A stretch of 59,212 nt of DNA, counting the filler, from Sphacelaria rigidula (lineage: Eukaryota), in assembly GCA_964200075.2 (NCBI GenBank). It is 5 parts of 5 records of this genome, joined end to end, with 100 filler letters (N's around TTAATTAATTAA, not from the genome) between each part and the next. Parts side by side here need not be neighbours in the genome. Positions count along the whole stretch, not along the records: positions 11,865 to 23,627 come from CAXNAA020004536.1; positions 23,728 to 35,489 come from CAXNAA020004537.1; 3 more parts are not named here. One strand, given 5' to 3'. The stretch's first letter is position 1; each line of letters opens with the position of its first letter. Position numbers and translations under genes: made by a program. Below are positions 13,537 to 24,019 of the stretch, piece after piece. The notes beneath the pieces were generated by a model. That model saw only the letters and a list, made by a program, of their open reading frames with translations. It did no database searches and was not told the origin of the DNA.

Positions 13537-14590
13537 GTGAGCGTATGGGTGGGGAGAGACGCTTCCTTTTATGTTTTGCCCGTGGTGGCACGGTTTTCGA
13601 TGAGTTCGTCCCCATGTTCTCCATTCTTTTTGAATGCTTTGCCCGGGGCAGGCCTACCGTAGTTTTTCCGGGTCGAGTTGAAGTCAGGCATGATTAATGC
13701 ACGCCGAACCCGTTCCCGTGCCCGCGACCCTGGAGCTCTGCATCCACACGCTCTTGAATGAATGTGGATGAGATAACACGCCCGAATAGTACGGCTTACG
13801 TTGCTTAGGTGCTTACTTTTCGTTGCACTACATCTGTACCATTGTATAGCCAAAAAATACTCACCAAACTGTGGGACCTCGGCTGGCACATGTACTGTAA
13901 GCCGGTGTACGTGCGCACAAGCGCGCGTACGAGAATCGCACAGCACACGCATGGCGTATTCCGGTATAAACGAGTAGGCCGGCAGGTGCCGATGCTACAG
14001 CAGCTGTCGATGAAACCAGTCAGTCATGCACTGCAAGAAAACTCGAGAATGCAGATACTACTCGTATAGGTATGTAATCGCAAAATCAGGAATACGGGGA
14101 TGCTGTCGGGTCTGTCCGTCTGTCCGTCTGTCCCTTGCCTTTAGGACAGAACCAATCACGATGGCTAGTTCCGTTGTCGGGGACCAGGCTTGCCCTCCAA
14201 ATCGTTACTGTTGCTGGATGACCACATGAGTTTGTAAGACATACTGTACCTGGCTATAATTTTCCCTATAATCTACAAGCCCTTGGATGTTGGATCCCGG
14301 CATGATGCCTACTAGAGTACTACATTCAATCTGTGCTTATCCGCCCACCACACTGATCGTCACCCAACGCTGGGCGCAAACAATACATAGGAAAATGATA
14401 GCAAAGGACCGTCTGCTGGAAAAGGAAAAGTGGACAAGAAGGAAAAGCAGAACAGGTGTGTGCCTAGTATAGCCAAGTGCAACTCTGTGGAGGCGAGAAC
14501 GATGCTTAGGGTGACGAAATGTGCACACCAGCAGCCTTTCGTTTGTCGTAGCCAAATCTTCTCCCGGGAGTTACGGTCAGTTTCGGGGCC

Positions 14591-15636
14591 TGTTGCAGGT
14601 TAAGGGCAACGCCCGGTTAAGGGTAACTTTTCGCTTAAGGGCAAGCGGTCCGGATTAAGGGCAAGCGCCCCTGACTATGGGGAAGCGCCCCTGGTTAGGG
14701 GGGAACGGCCCGGATTAAGGGCAAGCGCCCCTGACTATGGGGAAGCGCACCTGGGTAAGGGGAAGCGCCCCTGACTATGGGGAAGCGCACCTGGGTAGGG
14801 GGAAGCGCACCCGGGGAAGGGGAAGCGCACCTGGGTAGGGGGGAGCGCATCTGGATACGGGCAAGCGCCCCTGAATATTGGCATCTGCCCCTAGCGACGG
14901 AAGAGCGATACACGTATCGTCATCATATTCCCGAATCAGCCGCGAAGAATGCCAAAATGTCTAGGGCGTGCCAAGTGTAATGCGTGAGAGGACCGCGTGC
15001 TTAGAGGACCGCATCGGAATTTGAATATCCTTTTGGTTATGGTTATGGTTATGGTTAGGGTTAGGGTTAGTGTCGGGGTTATGGTCAGGGGCGTAGTACA
15101 TGCAGGGACTGGCCGGATTGGTTTCGAAAAACGTCGATCCTGAGGTGTTTTGAACTACGGCGCGGTCCTCTAAGCACGCGGTCCTCTCACGCATTACACT
15201 AAGGACCCACGATACCCTAACCCTAACCCTAACCCTAACCTGTATCGCGTGTCCACAAGCGAGAGACACCTGTATCGTGTGCCCACGAGACAGAGACACA
15301 CGTATCGTGGGCCCTTAGCACGCCCTAGACAGTTTGGCATTCTTCGGCTGATTCGGGAATATGTTGACGATACGTGTATCGCTTCTCCGTCGCTAGGGGC
15401 AGATGCCAATAATCAGAGGCGCTTGTCCGTATCCAGGTGCGCTCCCCCCTACCCAGGTGTGCTTCCTCCTACCCAGGTGTGCTTCCCCATTGTCAGGGGC
15501 GCTTCCCCTTACCCAGGTGCGCTTCCTCATAGTCAGGGGCGCTTCCCCATAGTCAGGGGCGCTTGCCCTTAATCCGGACCGCTTGCCCGTAAGCGAAAAA
15601 ATTCCCTTAACCGGGCGTTGCCCTTAACCTGCAACA
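14591..15636. mobile_element. Non-autonomous foldback DNA element with TGT...ACA termini, 5-bp TSD and internal telomere-like repeats (Ginger-like by termini)
   Basis: Inverted arms of about 350-380 bp start TGTTGCAGGTTAAGGGCAACGCCCGGTTAAGGG and end CCCTTAACCGGGCGTTGCCCTTAACCTGCAACA. GGGCC flanks both sides (14586-14590, 15637-15641). The arms contain 20-bp tandem subrepeats (GGGGAAGCGCMCCTG...). Confidence 0.8.
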
Positions 15637-18600
15637 GGGCCCCTACAACACTCGTCATCAACTTCGTGAGAAGCATTTGCGTTTACCACTCGCAGCTGTA
15701 TAGCAAGAGCTCCAAGAATGTTCACGAGTAAGAGGTGCGAAACTGCTTGCGCCACCGCCGCCAGCAGCATGCATGGGTGATCGGATCATTGTAACATGGA
15801 AGAATCCTGTTGCTTTCGTAGCTTGTTGGTGAGTAGTAAATAACCAAGCGTCTACGTTTGAGGGCTACATGCTGTGGCAAAAACGGTTGCACGATAGCTT
15901 GGTTCAACTGTACCGCGCTTGGGCACCGGGTTTCCGGCCCAAGTTGAGTGGAAAAATGAAAAAAAAATGTGGTGTTCTTCATTTCTTACGAAACGTCTTA
16001 CTGTACACCTTTACACCTGATCGCAGGCGCGTATTCGCGACCAGCAACCATCCTGTCTTGGTAAAGTTCGTCCACCACGTACTTGCCTTTAGTCGATATT
16101 GTTTACCTCATTTACTAATTCATTGATGTCTTGAAGAATCTGATCAGCCGCGAACCCAGCAGCGATACACGTACCGAGGGCACATACAGACACGGCAACG
16201 CTCGCGCACAGGAACTCGAGCAAGAACAGGACAGAAACAAATCAAAGAAATAAGGAAAATGGCGAGCCAATATCATCTGAAGAGAAGAGTTATAGCCAGG
16301 ATACGATCGGACGCTCTCGGTTCGCTTTGTGGATTCCGGACTGTTTTCGGACTCGAATGATGTTATGCTGTCATTTTTGTTCAAGCGGTGTACTACATAG
16401 TTGGAACCAATTGTCCAAATATATTTCTATTTCGCAGCACTGCGGATTACCTCTTACAACCCCTATTATGAGCACGCGCAAAATCGGCGCCCCTCCCTCT
16501 TCAGATGAATCGCCTTTAGCAACGAGAATAAAGCTAAGTAGGCGACGGCCTAAGAACGGTTATGAGAGAACCTCCGATAGGCCCGTACCAGATGTCCAGA
16601 TAGGATGTCGTTTGCAGAAACGACACCAGGCGAGCAGGTTGCGATTTCCAGCGAGCGGGACCCACCACTACTTCGCAGGAACTCTCACTCTCCTATTCCG
16701 AAAAAGATGGGCTCAAATAGCAATAATATGGCGGTGCAAGAGGTTCACCGAAAAAGAACCGATAAATGAGTACTATTTTATTTAAACAACACCGCGGGTG
16801 GAGAGAAAGAAAAAAATATGAGGAACCGAGAAGCAAGAAAGCTAACTGAAGTAGAAGTATACGACGAGCACAGTCCTATGCATCACAATAGTGTCGGACA
16901 TGTTAACAAGGAGTTCTCGGTAATAGCGCCTGTGATTGCACCTAGCAGATCAAGAAGACAGCAAAAGAGGGCGTTTTCATAAAATCACTGCACTTATTAC
17001 GTTCCCGTCAACCTTACCTCCACTTGATTTATGAGTACGTCTCCATCTCCTTTGATGATTTACCCACTCTCTAAGCAATGTCAGGCGTTCCTTAGTCGAC
17101 AATCCTATTCCTCCTATTTCTGACGACTGACGGTGCGTTCATCATTGTAATATCCATTTCTCCTTGAACTGTTTCATTCAGGGAGTTCCCCGGCACCAAG
17201 AACAAGGCTTAAGGAGACATGAAGGGCGTCAGAAACGAGAAGCAGGCAGCAAGGGGCGAAAAGAGAGTAGAACTCTAGCTCGTGTCGTTTCATGCGCGGG
17301 CGGGGAGCGGCGGGGCGGACAGCAGCACACACATCCATGCTGCACCAACTGGGCATGGGCATGCGATATGCTTTCGCTCAGCAGACAGTCCCACATTCAT
17401 TTCCTCCTATTATGCCAAGTTTCTCCCGATTGTAAACAGAGCTACATACATGTACATACGGGTTGATATTTTGCGTTGGAGTTGCTTGAGTTTTGTGTCG
17501 AAGGGTGTACCAACATGGCTACACATACATCGAGTTTCGTCACACTAGTTGACTGCAGTCCATGTTACATTTTTTTCTCGGCCGTGTGAAATTGAGGTAT
17601 GCTGATATGTCGTTTCTGGGTCATTTCGTGGTGCAAATGTCTTCTTGAGGTTGCGTCGCAGAGGGTTGTACCTCTTTTACGAAGAAGAAGTAGGTGTGCC
17701 CACATCACAAGTAGACACAAAACTACAGGAAGCACATTGATGTCTCCGGCTTCTCTCGTCGAATTCTCCCATCGCCAGCATGGTTCAGATGGCGACCCGT
17801 GATCAGTGCGGTGTACACTACTAGTGCGTAGGGTTTCGCCAGTTCCAGTCGAATGTCGTCCATAGATAGATGGCATCCCAAATTTCCGTGTGGCTCCATC
17901 TACATCTATGCTCGTGGGGATCCTGCGTGTTGATTGGTGTCAATGGTTGGCTTCGTTGGTGCAGGCGGCCCTGGTGTTTGGGTTTCTCAGTCGTTGTTGA
18001 GTTGCTTGAATTGTGCTCGAGAGCGTGTGGTGAAGAAAGCTACTTGCGGTTGCATGCTTGTGCCGACAGCAATACATACATGCTACGTGGTTCGTGCCTA
18101 CAGAGTGCAGCGGGAGTAGGAGAGCACAACTTAGTACTATTGTTTGTATATCTAGAGTGTGGTAGAAAAGCGAGCGAGAATGAATACACATCATCGCAAA
18201 TCGATGGTTGTTGATGTGTAGGGGTAAAATATTATATGCTGGTGGCCTTGTTTGCTGCAAATAAATGAGTTGCGTGGGTGTTGGAGAGAGAGGTGGGCAA
18301 TGTTATGTAACGCGTGCACGAGCAAAAGCAAGTCAACACCTACGCCAGATTCCTGTGTCATCCATTCTGTTTCTGGCGCCGCAGGCATTGCTTCTTCCAA
18401 GGTTTGCAAATATGTACTCAGTAAAATACAAGATGTAATTGTCAAAAACGAGCTGTTGATGCCGGAATAAGTCATCCCAACACCAGAGAGTAAAGCAACT
18501 GGTTTGGGAGGCGTTGTATTTGACTGCAATTCGACAATGCTGAAGTTTGCTGCCGAAACTGAAATTCATTGCTAATCTGCGATCCACATACAACCGCAAA

Positions 18601-18952
18601 AACAATAGAAAGAGAAGGGCGTTCGCTGGTGAACACACACGGATGTGTCAACCCCACGCACGCACCTACGCACGCACGCACCTACCCCCCCACGCACCCT
18701 GCCTCACGAGCACTACTATGAAACGCGCTTCTTTGAAGCATAACGGCCTCTCACTGGTACTACCTTGTGGACTCGATGCCGGGCGTAGTTTATTGCTTTT
18801 CATTCTCTAATTGGGAATCGGATTGAGCCCTCAGTGCCTTGATTGCAAACATAATGTCATGAGGTTTTTCGCTACCCCACCCAAAATGCGAGGTGCGGGT
18901 GGGTGAGCTACGGCACACGGCAGGACGATGTACCACCGCAGCATCGTTTATA

Positions 18953-19532
18953 CTCCCTTTGTCCGGAAATATAAGATCGGTATGGATATGTGGAATATAA
19001 GATCGTTTTCTACTATATGCCCCGAAGTAGATGAACTAGCCATTGTAGCAGGTCCTAAAGATTGTATGTATGATCGGATATGAAACTGGATGGAAAAAAA
19101 ACAATCCACTCAAAAGGGGGGGCGGATGGCTTGTCATTATCCCCGGGTCCTCCGTGGCTGCAATGTAAGCACCCTTCTTCAGAACTCCGTTCGTTGTTTC
19201 TACTAGCGAGGAGATGCTGGATCACTGCAGCTCTTTCCAAACTGTTGAGGTCCTTGCGTTTTGACACCTGGGAGACACTCCCAGCAGAGGACATGCCTCG
19301 CCAGAAGATGGGAAGGCTGTTGATCGGGTCTTCAAAGTTGGGGTGGTGATTTCGAGCGACTCGTGCTGGAGTGGGCTAAACGTTTTGGTCTGTGCTCAAA
19401 CAAAAACCCGTTTGACGGGCTCGGCGTGAGTGCGGCGCAACCAGGGAAAAACCCGTTCGGAAAAAAAGTTCCGTGGTCCCCGGATATCCCACTTTTTGTC
19501 TCCACCGATATTACATTTCCGGACAGAGGGAA
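18953..19532 (-). mobile_element. Internally deleted Tc1/mariner element of the plant-mariner/Stowaway type
   Basis: TA|CTCCCTTTGTCCGGAAATATAAGATC at 18953 pairs with GATATTACATTTCCGGACAGAGGGAA at 19507-19532 (4 mismatches in 26). The CTCCCT terminus with TA is Stowaway-like. The minus-strand fragment KRKDLNSLERAAVIQHLLASRNN resembles the N-terminus of DD39D mariner transposases. Confidence 0.75.
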
Positions 19533-20599
19533 CACAAAATTGTTGTAGAGGATTCTCAGGGACCGTATCTTCTCGGCTATGACCTGGAGGCTCTGTGCCA
19601 TTGATAGGTTAGCTTCCGTTTTCGCTTGTGTTTTGTGTGTTCTACGAGCGGGGGGGGGGGAATAAAGGGCTATCATCGTGCGTGTTGCTTCAGTACCCGA
19701 CGGTGGCACTCCTAGCAGCTGAACCACGAAGTTCTGGACACTTGCTTTGGCTGCGGGTCATCCCATCATCCACTATACTCGATGGCCAACTTCCATAGTC
19801 TTTCAATGTCGTAGCTGGATTCGCTTCTGAGAGTGAGAAGTATCCTCACAATATCCCACCCTCATTGAACGTTTTCGACAATAGAGACTTTCGGCAAACG
19901 TTTTCCCCCATCTTAGAGTCAGAGTCGAAGGAAAAATAGCCGGTAACGGTGCACATTCCACTCTGATTTTTTTTAAGATCGATTTTTTAGCGTCAGAGTG
20001 CCGTCTGCATCTCCTCACTCTGAAAACCGTTCTGCCTCTTCAGACTTCATACTGTAGCGAGCCGAAATGAAACTACGCCCACCTTCATCACCATGGTCAC
20101 GACCGGACCAAATGCAATACACCCTGACAAGAAAAGTGGGACATCCATCACAACTGTTATGTTCATCACCATGGGCCATTTACGAAGTAGAAACGCTTGG
20201 CATCGCAATCAGGAGACCTCCCTGACGCCGCCATGGTATCAGCATTCGCTTGGTTGGTTGTGTTCGAGTGAAAATTCAAATGCTCGGCGGGTACACGAGG
20301 TTGTCTTGGGTGCAATTCCTCACTCTTGCCCGCTTCAGCCGGAAGAATACGGTGTGAACGATTCGCAGTCTACGGCGCACTGGCAGTACTGCACCTGGCT
20401 GCATTGCCATTCCGTTAGAGATCAAGACGTCTTACACCACCGTCATGGGTGGCATGTTGGAAATTCATACTATGCGACCTTGTCTGTTGTTTGAAAATCC
20501 TGCGTACTGTATTAGTGTACTGCACAGCTGACTGTCTTTACGGTATCGCTTTTGTTCACCGTACCTCAATGCACTATTGTAGGGTTCTGCATTGCACTC

Positions 20600-23338
20600 T
20601 GTAGCCAAATGATACCAAGCCGAAGGTTTCAGTATAATCGCATGCATGGTTGGAGCAGTGGCAGGGGACCGGGGATCCTGGATTGATGGCCCTTACCTGT
20701 GTGGCCCCTTGCCGTCTGACTCTTGATGTCTGTTGAGGATCACTCCGTGATAATAACAAGTGAGAAGAAAGGACTTGTCGAGCACGAGGCCAGTGTTACT
20801 GGAGGAGTCCCTCGTTGAACGTCCTCTTGTCCAGATCGTTTGGCAGAGGCTACAATATCTACAGTAGATACTATTCTTCAGGCACCCTGTTTGAGGAGCT
20901 TGGCTGAGGAGAAAGTGGGCTGCAGCAGGAAGCCAGTTTAGCCCGTAGACAGAGAGACGCCTTGAAGCGCCCAGCCGAGGGGGACGCTCCGTGGGCTGGA
21001 GGACGTACAAGTCAGGCAGGAGTCTTTCAGTGAAGTGTTGAAGTCTAGTCGACATGGCTCAAGCGGTGGCAGCACCGCTGGTATTAGGCGGGCCGTTAGA
21101 ACCGCCTAAGTATGGCGAAATGTGGACAGAGAAGGCATCACGCGTCTTTTTCGCAGGACATTTTGACTATCTAGAAAGGTTTCATCTGGCTAATGCAACA
21201 GAAGTCGTGAAGCATACCAGGGTGAGCATCGGACAAATCATCCCTACCTATATTCACCGGTACTTCGAAGATATGTACAAGGACCGTCGGGCTATGACCC
21301 CCGACGAATTGCTAGACGCTGTGAAGCAGCATGTCGGGTACACTACAACCGGCGGCAAGCATGACACTGCGCGGGCTGCAGCAGGCCTGCGTAGACTTCT
21401 TATTTTTCCACAAAGCGGTGGGAAATCTGTGAAGGATCGTGCGATGATGGTCAGTTCATCGATGGAGAAGGTTTTTCGCGGAAAACCTGACGGTGCAAGC
21501 CATGTACCGTGCGGAGGGCAGGATTTGGTTGCCAGGCCCGGCCGAGTCGGTTTCCATAGCTTTGGTGGACGGGATTTCGCCTCCGGAATTCAAGGCGTAT
21601 GTTAGAAGTGTACTAACATATGTTGACGGCTGAAAAAAGGACCCGGCGGTGGTGTTCAACAAAATATTTGATGCCACCGACCAGTGGAAGTTCATTGAAG
21701 CACATAGCCGGCGCGATTCTGCAACAAGTGCAGGTGGTATGCGCCGCAAACAACGACGGCAACAGAAACAGCAGCCGTCTTCGCGAGCGTCGTCCACTCG
21801 CGCGTGCTATAACTGCGGCGACACCGGACATCTGATTAAGGATTACCTCAAGCCTCGCGCCCAAGGCGCTGCACAGGGCAATGCACGAGATTCGTCAGGA
21901 TCTCGGGGCGGCCGTCACGGTGGACGGGGCCGTGTCAACCAGGTACGCGGGCGTGGCGGCCGCGGTAGCAAGCAATCGTCGGCGGATGGTGGTTCCTCAG
22001 CTACTGTTTCTTCCACTACGTCATCAGGTGGTGACTCTGGATCTTATGGTTCGTCCGTGTCGGGGCGGAGTGTGTACGTGGGAAATGCAAATACTTCGGT
22101 GAGGAGTGCTGGAGCGAATAGTTCGCAACCCCTCGGCCAGGCAGGATCCATGACGGGTGCATTTCCTACGGCTACGATGGCTGTAACAGCGCTGTCTGCA
22201 TATTCGGCGACTTGGTCTAGTTGGACCGACGATTCGCAGCTATCGATGTCAAGTGCTGGAGGGCAGCCCTGGCGTTAGATGACTCTTGGTACAGAACAGG
22301 GTTCTTCGGCAGGCGTGGTACCTGCCGATCGATCGTAAGGCTGAATGCTTACGCGCAGATTTATCCCTGCCTGGCTCTGTAGGTTCGTTCATGGCCCGCG
22401 TTATTCTGGATCCTGGGTCCGCGCTCACGTCGATCGGTGTGGGGTTGCTTGAGCAAATGTCTTCACAGTTCGGCGGCGCTCAGCTTCAGATTCCGTTCGA
22501 AAACGAACCGTAAACGGCGCAGACCGCCACGGGTGCTCCCGTGACGGTTACACACAAAACGGTGCCGATACCTGTTAGCGTGCTTACGCCGTGGGGGGCT
22601 ATGGAGTTGCAGCCCATTACTTCCGCTGGCATGCCCGGTAGGGACAACGTGGTTCTATTTGGGATGGCGACGATGAAGGAGCTCGGGATTGATCTGTATC
22701 CGCTGGTGTTGGATAAGTTACGCCCGCGTGCGGTGCCGGTGCAAACCAGCGTGGAAAATCCCAGCTATCTTACTGCAAGGCGTCTGATCGTATCCATACG
22801 GTCATTCCAGAGCGCCAACGAGGAGGAGGCTCCTGCGCATGAAGCGGTGGAGCGCTTGGTCGATCGGGGGCCCGACATCTTTATGGACCCAGCGGAGGAG
22901 AGAGGTGCAAGAGAACGTGCGCTTCAGGATAGCGTGCAGCAGGCCGAGCAGAAAGGCCTGAGCGCCGATGGCGCACATTGTCTGGGTGATATTTTGGCTC
23001 GTCGCGTCGATAAATTTCGCCGTGCGGTGAGTGGTAATCCGCCAGCGCGCGTTGAGCCCATGAGGGTGCAGCTTAAGCCCCAGGCAAATGCGGTGAAGGC
23101 CAAGCCCCGATGGGACGATCCGGTGAAGACCGGGTGGGTTGCCTCATGCATCGCAGCTTTGGTGGCATTTGGTTTAGTGGTGAGGAACATTCAGGTTGTG
23201 TGGGCGAGTCCGGCGATGGCGGTATCAAAGAGGAACACATTCCGTTTAGTCAGCGACTTTCAGGCGGTGAACGCGTAAGTGGAACAGTCTCCGGGGGTGA
23301 TGCCAAGCCAAGAAGACATGCGGGAGTTGCTTGGAGCC
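20600..23338 (+). mobile_element. Truncated, degenerate Ty3/Gypsy LTR retrotransposon (5' LTR, gag, protease, start of RT)
   Basis: LTR 20600-20854 is bounded by TGTAGCC...GGCTACA. Gag starts at 21054 with a Zn knuckle CYNCGDTGHLIKDY; protease ARVILDPGS; RT start WASPAMAV...FRLVSDFQAVN. It is colinear and similar to the 26382-32218 element, has frameshifts and stops, and homology ends near 23338. Confidence 0.9.
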
Positions 23339-23627
23339 CAACAACAATATCGGTATGTCAGTGAACACATTCCTGGAGATCACCATTAACAGCCGATTTT
23401 AAATTTTGGGGTTCAACACTAAAATGGGGCTGAAGTCGCATTTCTCTATTGCAGGGAAGATACAAAAGAGTAACACAGAGCGAAAGTATCTTCCCCCCCC
23501 AAACTCCGCAGGAGGACTTGACCTTCAGACCGCGAGAGTAGGTCACCTGGTGAATCGGCATCAATATTCACTTGGAAAAAGTACACGCATGGTCCAGATG
23601 GACTACGGGCACCGCGGTTCAAGGGTT

Positions 23628-23727
23628 NNNNNNNNNNNNNNNNNNNNNNNNNNNNNNNNNNNNNNNNNNNNTTAATTAATTAANNNNNNNNNNNNNNNNN
23701 NNNNNNNNNNNNNNNNNNNNNNNNNNN
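23628..23727. other. Artificial scaffold-joining linker
   Basis: N44-TTAATTAATTAA-N44. Confidence 0.97.
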
Positions 23728-24019
23728 GTGCTCCGTCTCGGCCTTCTAGGGATGCGAGGTCAATGGTCTGATGACTATGGCATACATGATCATGAGTACA
23801 CCCCCGGCTGGTGAGGGGGCCTCGGCGGAGGAGCCGCCGGAGGCAGGAAAATTACGCCATTTGGTTTCACATCTCTTCCAAATCGCGGTGAATTCTAGCC
23901 ACCTAGCGCCAGCAATTCGAGCTCGTGATCGATGCACAAAGGTATATATGCATGAGAAAAAAGGAAATGTCACTAAACTTTGCGACGTGAATTTGAAACA
24001 CGAATCGGTGAGGCAGTTA

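Noticed and set aside
14640..14875. 20-bp periodic repeats as CRISPR or coding repeat (ASPYPGALP ORFs)
   Set aside because: No spacers; the repeats are mirrored in the opposite arm of a foldback element, and the ORFs are by-products of the repeat.
15030..15240. True telomere or chromosome fusion point
   Set aside because: Only 3-4 perfect units per tract, embedded inside a TSD-flanked element in mid-scaffold.
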